Shown piece by piece: positions 32,223 through 40,733 of a stretch of DNA of 64,000 bases (positions within the stretch are counted from its first letter, which is position 1; each line of letters begins with the position of its first letter). The notes below the pieces were generated by a model. The model made no database searches and was not told the DNA's origin. It worked only from the letters and a program-made list of their open reading frames with translations. Source of the stretch: a virus. Lineage: Duplodnaviria; Heunggongvirae; Uroviricota; Caudoviricetes. Position numbers and translations under genes: made by a program. Location of the stretch: the IMG/VR virus record IMGVR_UViG_2718218168_000001, positions 32,001 through 96,000 of that record; one strand, 5' to 3'.

Positions 32223-33011
32223 ATGCTGGAAAAAGACTACCAGTTATCCGCATATAAAAAATTGGCCGCCGCCGGTGGGATGAAAACACCTGGTGCCATA
32301 ACATCGGCACGAAACTGTGCTAACACAGCAAAACTGCTTGCAGAAGAATTGACCGGATTAATTCTGGATACAATTGTCTATCCCGACACTATTACCTGCT
32401 ATGTTTCAACGATAAGAACAACCACAACCGGCTTAACGAACATTGGAGAACTGGCAACTAAGCACGCGGACCTGTTGGCTGGTTATGCAGATCTGTCAAT
32501 GCTGCTTCAACTCGATATTGGTTGGGATGTTTACTGCCGTGCTAATGAGCGAGAAGTTTCAGAACTGCCGATCTCTATTGCCATTGGTGATGTGAATATT
32601 ACTAAATCGCTTGAGGACGCTGTTAACGCGCTTAATACATCAAGTTTAGTCGCTGCTATGGGGGAGATTAACCAGACCCTTAACACTGGCTCAGTAAGCT
32701 CGTCAGGCTCTGGTTCAGGCGGCGGCACTGCCACTCCCCCACCAACACTAACAGAAGAGCAAATTGAATCTCTGAAAGTAGCAACTGAACAGTTTGGGGT
32801 TGTTTTCAACCAGACAACAGCGCCCACAACTGCGTTACAACAGCAGTATGAACGAGCGAATGAAAGCGCCAACGTAGCCATAACTGCTTATGGCCATGCT
32901 ATCGGTACCGCGCTTGCGGAAGCATCAGCAAATAAGGCCAGCACAGCCAGCGCAGTTGCTGCTTTGGTTCCTGATTCTGTTCTTGATGAATTAAACAAAG
33001 CGGCACAGTAA
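32223..33011 (+). CDS. Hypothetical Thr/Ser/Ala-rich protein
   Basis: 263 aa from MLEKDYQLS...; low-complexity SSSGSGSGGGTATPPPT linker. Confidence 0.45.
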   Translation: MLEKDYQLSAYKKLAAAGGMKTPGAITSARNCANTAKLLAEELTGLILDTIVYPDTITCYVSTIRTTTTGLTNIGELATKHADLLAGYADLSMLLQLDIGWDVYCRANEREVSELPISIAIGDVNITKSLEDAVNALNTSSLVAAMGEINQTLNTGSVSSSGSGSGGGTATPPPTLTEEQIESLKVATEQFGVVFNQTTAPTTALQQQYERANESANVAITAYGHAIGTALAEASANKASTASAVAALVPDSVLDELNKAAQ

Positions 33012-33050
33012 CAAAGGACTTCATTGATAATTTTTCTTCAGGAGGAAGAC

Positions 33051-33467
33051 ATGTCATTCTTTTCTACGTTAAAAACAGCTTTGTCTTTGAAGGAGAAACT
33101 TGCTGCTACTGGTGTTCTTGTTCTGATTTGCGCACTTGTTGGTGCTGGGTTTGCATGGGAACGTCATCAGCTAAAGCAAGCCATAGAGAAAATTGGCAGT
33201 CTTGATCAGGCTGTTAAGGAACGTGATAAGTCAATAATGGATCTTAACCAGACCATTGAGACGATGAACAAAGCAGAGCAACATTTTCACAGCCAGGAAG
33301 TGAAAAATGAATCAGAGCAAGCCAAGTATGCTGACAGGCAAATGGAACGAAAAGCTGAAGTTCAGAAACAACTGGTTGCGGCGGGTAATGTTCGCCAGCG
33401 CATTCCTGCTGACACTCAGCGGTTGCTCCGGGAGTCGATCAGCGAATTTAACGCCGACAAAGGTTAA
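33051..33467 (+). CDS. i-spanin (Rz-like)
   Basis: 139 aa from MSFFS... with strong SD (AGGAGG); one N-terminal TM helix then coiled coil. Confidence 0.6.
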   Translation: MSFFSTLKTALSLKEKLAATGVLVLICALVGAGFAWERHQLKQAIEKIGSLDQAVKERDKSIMDLNQTIETMNKAEQHFHSQEVKNESEQAKYADRQMERKAEVQKQLVAAGNVRQRIPADTQRLLRESISEFNADKG

Positions 33468-33633
33468 CCACCCTGCCCCCAAAAGTGCATTTATGTGCAG
33501 GATGCCGGAGTTTAGCAGTGAATATTTTGATGATCTGCCAGCGTATATCCTCGATACAGAAACGATGCTGATGGGGATTAACAGGAAGAATCGCAACGTT
33601 AATGATTACAACCGCGCTATCAGCGGTAACTAA
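33388..33633 (+). CDS. o-spanin (Rz1-like lipoprotein), overlapping the i-spanin in another frame
   Basis: MFASAFLLTLSGCSGS lipobox (LSGC); starts inside the Rz-like gene and extends past its stop. Confidence 0.55.
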   Translation: MFASAFLLTLSGCSGSRSANLTPTKVNHPAPKSAFMCRMPEFSSEYFDDLPAYILDTETMLMGINRKNRNVNDYNRAISGN

Positions 33634-33644
33634 AAGGGATTTTT

Positions 33645-34037
33645 ATGTCTGATAAAGTAACAGTTAAGCAAACTATCAACAAAGCGACTTCAATCTACAA
33701 AATTGAGCACATCACTGTTGGCAAGCCAGGATCTGAACAATACCGTCATGCTTTCGAGCTTGCCGCTCAGCTTGGTTTAAAACACCCGGATTGCATTGAG
33801 CATGTATTTCCGACCTATGCTGATGAGCAATGTACTCATGTTCTTACCGAAGAGGATTTTTTCAGCACTGAAGAACGAGAAGGCGTTGATCGCTGCATTG
33901 GTGTGATTTGCTCTTCAGTGAGTTATGAGTTATTCCCTAATGTCCATGAAAATGGTGGTATTGGATACCAATTCCTGTACGAAGGCGATGAGCTTAAATG
34001 TTATGAACATGGTCTTCTTATCGAAAGCGTAGAATAA
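33645..34037 (+). CDS. Hypothetical protein
   Basis: 130-aa ORF after the spanin pair. Confidence 0.45.
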   Translation: MSDKVTVKQTINKATSIYKIEHITVGKPGSEQYRHAFELAAQLGLKHPDCIEHVFPTYADEQCTHVLTEEDFFSTEEREGVDRCIGVICSSVSYELFPNVHENGGIGYQFLYEGDELKCYEHGLLIESVE

Positions 34038-34079
34038 TACCCTTCCTTCCAACCGGCTATGTTGGCCGGTTTATTCAAC

Positions 34080-34150
34080 TTATCCACAGCATAGATCCAA
34101 TAAACAGATCCCAAAGAGAACCTAGGAAGATCCAAAGAAGATCCCGGATC
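34080..34150. other. Plasmid origin elements: DnaA box plus five GATC sites
   Basis: TTATCCACA at 34080-34088; GATC at 34094, 34107, 34129, 34140, 34147; immediately upstream of the iteron array. Confidence 0.7.
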
Positions 34151-34191
34151 GCTGTAAGCCGCGCCGTTCATGGCCTGAAACGGGATCAACA

Positions 34192-34290
34192 TTGACTATA
34201 CGCGATTTTATGTTGACTGTGTGCGATTTTATGTTGACTGCACGCGATTTATTGTTGACTATACGCGACAGAAACGTTGACTGTACGCGA
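34192..34290 (+). repeat. Origin iterons: five direct repeats at about 21-bp spacing
   Basis: TTGACT(A/G)T(A/G)(C/T)GCGA at 34192, 34213, 34234, 34255, 34277. Confidence 0.8.
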
Positions 34291-34371
34291 TTTTAGAGCC
34301 TGAATATTCACAGCTGTTGATAACAGTCATCTAAATTAACGCCAGGCCGCGCCACACATGGAGAAACCACG

Positions 34372-35256
34372 ATGCCGGAAGAAAGTAAAGGCTTCCTTAG
34401 CGTTGAAGAAGTTGCAGGAAATACAGGAGAAATCCACAGCCTGAAGCCCAATAACAACAGCACTATACAACCTATCGCTTTGTTGCGCTTAGGTGTGTTT
34501 GTGCCAACCTTAAAATCTACCAATGTGGCACTACGTCGCGGATCGTCAGTTACTACAAACACAACGAACGCAACCGAAGAACTATCAAGCCTTAAAATTG
34601 TTGAGCAGGAAGGCTATGAGGGAATTGAAATTCATGGCCCACGCCTGGATATGGATACTGATTTTAAGGTGTGGGTGGGCATAACCTCCGCGTTGTTTGA
34701 CTACGCACCTGATGATGACGGCATAATCACCCTGCCATTCTCCGAGTTTGCCGATCGATGCGGCTATCCACGTAAGCGCCTTTCAAAGGCGTTCCGTAAA
34801 AGTATTGATGACTCTCTGACACGCATTCAGCAGACAGTTGTCAAATTCCGCTTCCCGGCGGCAAAAGGTCATCTCAATAACATTAACGTCAACTTGTTGG
34901 CATATAGCAGCCTGAATACCGAGCTTGATGTTATCGAGATCCAGCCGCAGAAACAGCTATCTGAACTTTACTATGTTGACTATAAGCGAATCCTGAAGCT
35001 GAAGATGCTGGATAAGCTCGGGCGCAAAGAGACGGCCAAGGTACTGTATACATTCTTTGAGGCTCTACCCGCCAACCCGGCACCTGTCAGCATTGAGCGC
35101 CTTAGAGCAAGGCTTAATCTCAAATCATCCGTTAGCGTGCAAAATAGCGTTATCAGAAAAGCCATGAAAGATTTGGAAGCTATTGAATATCTTAAATTTT
35201 CAGAAATAAAAAACGGCAGGAAAATCGGCTTCCAGATCCATAAGCGCAATCCATAA
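34372..35256 (+). CDS. repA: Iteron-binding replication initiator RepA; start uncertain
   Basis: 294-aa ORF flanked by iteron arrays in P1-type origin/control layout. Confidence 0.75.
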   Translation: MPEESKGFLSVEEVAGNTGEIHSLKPNNNSTIQPIALLRLGVFVPTLKSTNVALRRGSSVTTNTTNATEELSSLKIVEQEGYEGIEIHGPRLDMDTDFKVWVGITSALFDYAPDDDGIITLPFSEFADRCGYPRKRLSKAFRKSIDDSLTRIQQTVVKFRFPAAKGHLNNINVNLLAYSSLNTELDVIEIQPQKQLSELYYVDYKRILKLKMLDKLGRKETAKVLYTFFEALPANPAPVSIERLRARLNLKSSVSVQNSVIRKAMKDLEAIEYLKFSEIKNGRKIGFQIHKRNP

Positions 35257-35258
35257 TA

Positions 35259-35514
35259 TTGACTATATGCGATAGCGAGAAGTTGACTATAGGCGACATT
35301 CGTTGACGCTGGTGGATTTTTGCTGGCGTCAATATTCTGCAAGTCGCTATTGAGATGGCTTTTAGGGTCATTTCATCGCGTATAGTCAACGTTTCTCCCG
35401 ACAATATCTTACATAGTCGATCTTTGGTGGAGTTAAATCGACTACAGTCAACTTTTGACTGTAGTCACATCGCGCATAGTCAACTATTCACATTAACTTT
35501 CGCGCATAGTCAAC
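35259..35514. repeat. Downstream iteron array (incA-like copy-control locus), mixed orientation
   Basis: Forward iterons at 35259, 35283, degenerate 35303; reverse iterons (cgcgtatagtcaac type) at 35376, 35438, 35470, 35500. Confidence 0.7.
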
Positions 35515-35548
35515 ATTTGCGCGGTTCTCATCAAGCAGTGGTATTGAT

Positions 35549-36358
35549 ATGCAAGAAGAGAAACAACACTACCTCTACGTTCTGGTGCCGGAGAATGGAG
35601 ATACTTTTAAAATCGGCATTTCATGTGGTCCATTGGCACGGTTTAAAGGGCTACAAGTGAGTCCCGATTTTGCGCTTTCACGGGTCTATCGTGGTACGCG
35701 TTTGGCAATAGTTAATCTTGAGCGGGCTTTACACGCAACCTTTTTCCCCTGGAATGCGCCGTGGGAGAAAAGCGCTGGTGGCGGGCATACTGAATGGTTT
35801 ACACGAGAGTGTCTTGATAAGGTTTTGGCTCATATCGAATATCTAAATGATATGTGGGGAGGGATTCTCGAGCGCATTAAGTCGAATGATTTACTTCAGC
35901 GTCCAGTAGATGCTGCCCGCTCTTTCGAAAAAGAGCTGGATGTTACTTCTATCGTGACTTTCAAAGATGACGCAGGAATGAGGGACGTGGCTTATGTCTC
36001 CATATCTGGCTATGAACCGGACGCGATCCGCGCTCAATGTGAATTGCTGAAAGCAATGTTTATGCTTCGGACTAAATATTCCTGGGAGACAAGGCGGGTG
36101 TGCTTCCCTATGGAAGAGTTAACCGCCACCATTGATTCCCAGCTTTACCACGATAATCCAGAGAAGTTTTTTAGCCTTTTAGCCGGTAATGGGCTTAACT
36201 GTGTGTCCGGGCTGGGGCGAAGTAGAATCCAACATGCCTCGCTCTTCGGTCCCTTCTTTTACGATCGACACGGGTACTTTGAGGCTGAACTTCCGGCGCT
36301 TACGCGTGCTATAGATACTATCGATTTCGAACGATTATTCGCTGCTCTTAGCAAATAA
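35549..36358 (+). CDS. T5orf172-domain (GIY-YIG-superfamily-like) protein inserted between iterons and parA
   Basis: 269 aa; N-terminal YLYVLVPENGDTFKIGIS...LHATFFPW...GGGHTEWF; own terminator downstream. Confidence 0.5.
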   Translation: MQEEKQHYLYVLVPENGDTFKIGISCGPLARFKGLQVSPDFALSRVYRGTRLAIVNLERALHATFFPWNAPWEKSAGGGHTEWFTRECLDKVLAHIEYLNDMWGGILERIKSNDLLQRPVDAARSFEKELDVTSIVTFKDDAGMRDVAYVSISGYEPDAIRAQCELLKAMFMLRTKYSWETRRVCFPMEELTATIDSQLYHDNPEKFFSLLAGNGLNCVSGLGRSRIQHASLFGPFFYDRHGYFEAELPALTRAIDTIDFERLFAALSK

Positions 36359-36365
36359 CACTGAT

Positions 36366-36387
36366 GCCCCTGAACGGGGCTTTTTTG
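36366..36387 (+). terminator. Intrinsic terminator
   Basis: gcccc-tgaac-ggggc hairpin followed by TTTTTT. Confidence 0.7.
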
Positions 36388-36526
36388 TGCCCTCCTTGTA
36401 ACTCTCAATCGTGCAAAATGAACCAAACATGCAGAGAATGCTATGTACAAGCATCTGTGCATACATTATTATTTTATGCAGCATTTTTAATTAAATTCAA
36501 AAATACAGCATAAAGGATGGCTTTCG

Positions 36527-37723
36527 ATGAGTGATTCCAGCCAGCTTCACAAGGTTGCTCAAAGAGCAAACAGAATGCTCAATGTTCTGACTGAACAAGT
36601 ACAGTTGCAAAAGGATGAGCTACACGCGAACGAGTTTTACCAGGTCTATGCGAAAGCGGCACTGGCAAAATTGCCTCTACTGACTCGAGCGAACGTTGAC
36701 TATGCCGTGAGTGAAATGGAAGAAAAGGGTTATGTTTTCGATAAACGCCCTGCTGGCTCTTCAATGAAATATGCGATGTCAATTCAGAACATCATTGACA
36801 TATATGAACATCGCGGAGTGCCAAAATACCGGGATCGCTACAGCGAAGCGTATGTGATTTTCATCTCCAATCTTAAAGGCGGTGTGTCAAAAACTGTATC
36901 GACGGTTTCTCTGGCGCATGCAATGCGTGCTCACCCTCATCTTCTGATGGAAGATTTAAGGATTCTGGTTATTGACCTTGATCCGCAATCTTCAGCAACG
37001 ATGTTTTTAAGCCATAAACACTCTATTGGTATCGTAAACGCAACATCTGCACAGGCTATGTTGCAGAATGTAAGCCGTGAAGAGCTGTTAGAGGAGTTTA
37101 TTGTTCCTTCTGTTGTACTTGGGGTTGACGTTATGCCTGCGTCGATTGACGATGCCTTTATTGCATCCGATTGGAGAGAGCTGTGCAATGAGCATCTACC
37201 GGGTCAGAACATCCATGCTGTCCTGAAAGAAAATGTGATTGATAAGCTGAAGAGCGATTATGACTTTATCCTCGTTGATAGTGGTCCTCACCTTGACGCC
37301 TTCCTGAAAAATGCTTTGGCCTCGGCCAATATACTGTTTACACCTCTGCCGCCTGCAACGGTTGATTTCCACTCATCGCTTAAATACGTTGCCCGCCTTC
37401 CTGAGTTGGTGAAACTCATTTCGGATGAAGGCTGCGAGTGCCAGCTTGCGACTAACATTGGTTTTATGTCCAAGTTGAGTAACAAGGCAGACCATAAGTA
37501 TTGCCATAGCCTGGCTAAAGAAGTGTTCGGTGGGGATATGCTTGATGTCGTCCTCCCTCGCCTTGACGGTTTTGAACGCTGCGGCGAGTCTTTTGACACT
37601 GTTATTTCAGCTAACCCGGCAACGTATGTTGGTAGTGCTGATGCATTGAAGAACGCGCGAATTGCCGCGGAAGATTTTGCTAAAGCAGTTTTTGACCGTA
37701 TTGAATTTATCAGATCTAACTGA
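36527..37723 (+). CDS. parA: Partition ATPase ParA (type Ia, with N-terminal HTH domain)
   Basis: 398 aa; deviant Walker A KGGVSKT; upstream palindromic operator region. Confidence 0.9.
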   Translation: MSDSSQLHKVAQRANRMLNVLTEQVQLQKDELHANEFYQVYAKAALAKLPLLTRANVDYAVSEMEEKGYVFDKRPAGSSMKYAMSIQNIIDIYEHRGVPKYRDRYSEAYVIFISNLKGGVSKTVSTVSLAHAMRAHPHLLMEDLRILVIDLDPQSSATMFLSHKHSIGIVNATSAQAMLQNVSREELLEEFIVPSVVLGVDVMPASIDDAFIASDWRELCNEHLPGQNIHAVLKENVIDKLKSDYDFILVDSGPHLDAFLKNALASANILFTPLPPATVDFHSSLKYVARLPELVKLISDEGCECQLATNIGFMSKLSNKADHKYCHSLAKEVFGGDMLDVVLPRLDGFERCGESFDTVISANPATYVGSADALKNARIAAEDFAKAVFDRIEFIRSN

Positions 37724-37739
37724 GGAGTAAGAAACCCCC

Positions 37740-38741
37740 ATGTCAAAGAAAAACAGACCAACAATTGGGCGAACCCTTAATCCTTCAATATTAAGCGGAT
37801 TTGATAGTTCTTCAGCCTCTGGCGATCGAGTCGAGCAGGTATTCAAGTTATCAACTGGTCGCCAGGCCACATTTATTGAAGAGGTAATACCTCCGAACCA
37901 GGTAGAAAGCGATACCTTTGTTGATCAGCATAACAACGGGCGTGACCAGGCATCTCTTACGCCAAAATCATTAAAAAGTATCCGAAGCACTATTAAGCAT
38001 CAGCAATTTTACCCTGCAATAGGTGTTAGACGGGCTACAGGGAAAATTGAAATTTTGGATGGTTCCCGGCGTCGAGCTTCTGCCATCTTAGAGAACGTAG
38101 GGTTGCGGGTTTTAGTCACGGACCAGGAGATCAGCGTTCAGGAAGCGCAAAATTTAGCGAAAGACGTTCAGACAGCATTGCAGCACAGCATTCGAGAAAT
38201 AGGTCTGCGTTTGATGCGAATGAAAAATGATGGGATGAGTCAGAAGGATATTGCAGCCAAAGAAGGGCTGTCTCAGGCGAAGGTCACGCGTGCTCTCCAG
38301 GCAGCGAGTGCTCCGGAAGAATTAGTCGCCCTTTTCCCTGTGCAGTCGGAATTAACCTTTTCGGACTACAAAACGCTTTGTGCTGTTGGCGACGAAATGG
38401 GGAACAAGAATTTAGAGTTTGATCAGCTTATTCAAAACATATCCCCGGAAATAAACGACATCTTATCCATTGAAGAAATGGCCGAAGATGAAGTTAAAAA
38501 TAAAATCCTGCGCTTGATAACAAAGGAAGCCTCACTACTCACGGATAAAGGTTCTAAAGATAAGTCCGTAGTTACTGAATTATGGAAATTTGAGGACAAG
38601 GATCGCTTTGCAAGGAAGCGCGTGAAAGGCCGTGCATTTTCTTATGAGTTTAATCGACTTTCAAAAGAGCTACAGGAAGAACTCGACAGGATGATTGGGC
38701 ATATCCTTAGAAAGAGCCTCGATAAAAAGCCGAAGCCTTAA
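37740..38741 (+). CDS. parB: Partition protein ParB
   Basis: 333 aa; ParB/Spo0J-like region (ILDGSRRRASAI); followed by parS. Confidence 0.9.
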   Translation: MSKKNRPTIGRTLNPSILSGFDSSSASGDRVEQVFKLSTGRQATFIEEVIPPNQVESDTFVDQHNNGRDQASLTPKSLKSIRSTIKHQQFYPAIGVRRATGKIEILDGSRRRASAILENVGLRVLVTDQEISVQEAQNLAKDVQTALQHSIREIGLRLMRMKNDGMSQKDIAAKEGLSQAKVTRALQAASAPEELVALFPVQSELTFSDYKTLCAVGDEMGNKNLEFDQLIQNISPEINDILSIEEMAEDEVKNKILRLITKEASLLTDKGSKDKSVVTELWKFEDKDRFARKRVKGRAFSYEFNRLSKELQEELDRMIGHILRKSLDKKPKP

Positions 38742-38744
38742 ACT

Positions 38745-38830
38745 TTCGCCATTCAAATTTCACTATTAACCTACTGTTTTTAAAGTAAATCCATCTAAAA
38801 TTTCAAGGTGAAATCGCCACGATTTCACCT
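38745..38830. other. parS centromere (box A heptamers ATTTCAC and box B hexamers TCGCCA)
   Basis: TCGCCA (38745), ATTTCAC (38756), GTGAAAT-TCGCCA-cg-ATTTCAC (38807-38827) with an AT-rich spacer. Confidence 0.8.
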
Positions 38831-38894
38831 TGGATTTTACCTTCCGCCCCTACTCCCGAAAAAAATAAAAAAATTGCTTGTCACGAGAAAGTCA

Positions 38895-38915
38895 ACAAGT
38901 GACTTTCAATAAAAT
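38895..38915 (+). promoter_or_regulatory. Late-promoter-like element (ACAAGT-N9-TAAAAT)
   Basis: acaagt gactttcaa taaaat, upstream of the capsid-like gene. Confidence 0.5.
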
Positions 38916-38966
38916 CTCTTCCGAAAAGGGATTCACACAAGTGCCTTGTGTTTAAGGAAGAGTAAA

Positions 38967-40673
38967 TTGAGTAACTTACGCGAATACCAGAATCGTATTG
39001 CAGATATCGCAAAACGCTCTAAAGCTGTGCTTGGCTGGGCAAGCACTGCGCAGTTCGGTACTGATAACCAATTCATTAAAGATGATGCCGCGCGTGCCGC
39101 ATCTATCCTTGAAGCTGCACGTAAAGACCCGGTTTTTGCGGGTATCTCTGATAATGCCACCGCTCAAATCGCTACAGCGTGGGCAAGTGCACTGGCTGAC
39201 TACGCCGCAGCACATAAATCTATGCCGCGTCCGGAAATTCTGGCCTCCTGCCACCAGACGCTGGAAAACTGCCTGATTGAGTCCACCCGCAATAGCATGG
39301 ATGCCACTAATAAAGCGATGCTGGAATCCGTCGCAGCAGAGATGATGAGCGTTTCTGACGGTGTTATGCGTCTGCCTTTATTCCTCGCGATGATCCTGCC
39401 TGTTCAGTTGGGGGCAGCTACCGCTGATGCGTGTACCTTCATTCCGGTTACGCGTGACCAGTCCGACATCTATGAAGTCTTTAACGTGGCAGGTTCCTCT
39501 TTTGGTTCTTATGCTGCTGGTGATGTTCTGGACATGCAATCCGTCGGTGTGTACAGCCAGTTACGTCGCCGCTATGTGCTGGTGGCAAGCTCCGATGGCA
39601 CCAGCAAAACCGCAACCTTCAAGATGGAAGACTTCGAAGGCCAGAATGTACCAATCCGAAAAGGTCGCACTAACATCTACGTTAACCGTATTAAGTCTGT
39701 TGTTGATAACGGTTCCGGCAGCCTACTTCACTCGTTTACTAATGCTGCTGGTGAGCAAATCACTGTTACCTGCTCTCTGAACTACAACATTGGTCAGATT
39801 GCCCTGTCGTTCTCCAAAGCGCCGGATAAAGGCACTGAGATCGCAATTGAGACGGAAATCAATATTGAAGCCGCTCCTGAGCTGATCCCGCTGATCAACC
39901 ACGAAATGAAGAAATACACCCTGTTCCCAAGCCAGTTCGTTATCGCGGCTGAGCACACGGTACAGGCGGCGTATGAAGCACAGCGTGAATTTGGTCTGGA
40001 CCTGGGTTCCCTACAGTTCCGCACCCTGAAGGAATACCTGTCTCATGAACAGGATATGCTGCGTCTTCGCATCATGATCTGGCGTACTCTTGCGACCGAC
40101 ACCTTTGACATCGCTCTGCCGGTTAACCAGTCCTTTGATGTATGGGCAACCATCATTCGTGGCAAATTCCAGACTGTATATCGCGACATTATTGAGCGCG
40201 TTAAATCTTCTGGTGCGATGGGGATGTTTGCTGGTGCTGATGCAGCATCTTTCTTCAAACAGTTGCCGAAGGATTTCTTCCAGCCAGCCGAAGACTATAT
40301 CCAGACTCCGTATGTTCACTTCATCGGTACCCTGTTCGGTAACGTGAAAGTGTACGAAGTACCTGCTGGTATTTGTAAGAACTTAACGACAGAGAACATT
40401 CAGTTCAGCTCGATGGATGTGCTGTGCTACGTCCGTGATGAAAATCCGGGTAAAGCAGGCTTCGTGACTGGTGATGCTGTCCCGGCCATCCCGTTCCAGC
40501 ATCCGACCACTCCGGCGCTGGTCAACCGTACCACGCTGTGGGGTTCGGCTATCAACGATATGCACCCACGCAACGGCGCTGATTACTTCACTCGTGTAAC
40601 GCTGACAATGGCCAAAAAAGGCGGGCTTAACTTCATAAGCGGCGACACGATTGATGCCGGTGACTCTGAGTAA
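38967..40673 (+). CDS. Putative major head protein precursor (gene-23 position next to parB)
   Basis: About 568 aa from a TTG preceded by SD aaggaagag (ORF track starts at 38946); identity by position and size, followed by a stabilising hairpin. Confidence 0.5.
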   Translation: MSNLREYQNRIADIAKRSKAVLGWASTAQFGTDNQFIKDDAARAASILEAARKDPVFAGISDNATAQIATAWASALADYAAAHKSMPRPEILASCHQTLENCLIESTRNSMDATNKAMLESVAAEMMSVSDGVMRLPLFLAMILPVQLGAATADACTFIPVTRDQSDIYEVFNVAGSSFGSYAAGDVLDMQSVGVYSQLRRRYVLVASSDGTSKTATFKMEDFEGQNVPIRKGRTNIYVNRIKSVVDNGSGSLLHSFTNAAGEQITVTCSLNYNIGQIALSFSKAPDKGTEIAIETEINIEAAPELIPLINHEMKKYTLFPSQFVIAAEHTVQAAYEAQREFGLDLGSLQFRTLKEYLSHEQDMLRLRIMIWRTLATDTFDIALPVNQSFDVWATIIRGKFQTVYRDIIERVKSSGAMGMFAGADAASFFKQLPKDFFQPAEDYIQTPYVHFIGTLFGNVKVYEVPAGICKNLTTENIQFSSMDVLCYVRDENPGKAGFVTGDAVPAIPFQHPTTPALVNRTTLWGSAINDMHPRNGADYFTRVTLTMAKKGGLNFISGDTIDAGDSE

Positions 40674-40733
40674 TCAGGGGAAGTTCTCCGTTTAACATAG
40701 CGCCCCCGTGCGGGGCGCATAACAGGGAAAGTT

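Noticed and set aside
34192-35514. Direct repeats near repA as a possible CRISPR array
   Set aside because: Repeats are 14-21 bp iterons with helical phasing and mixed orientation flanking a rep gene, with no spacers of uniform length and no cas genes.
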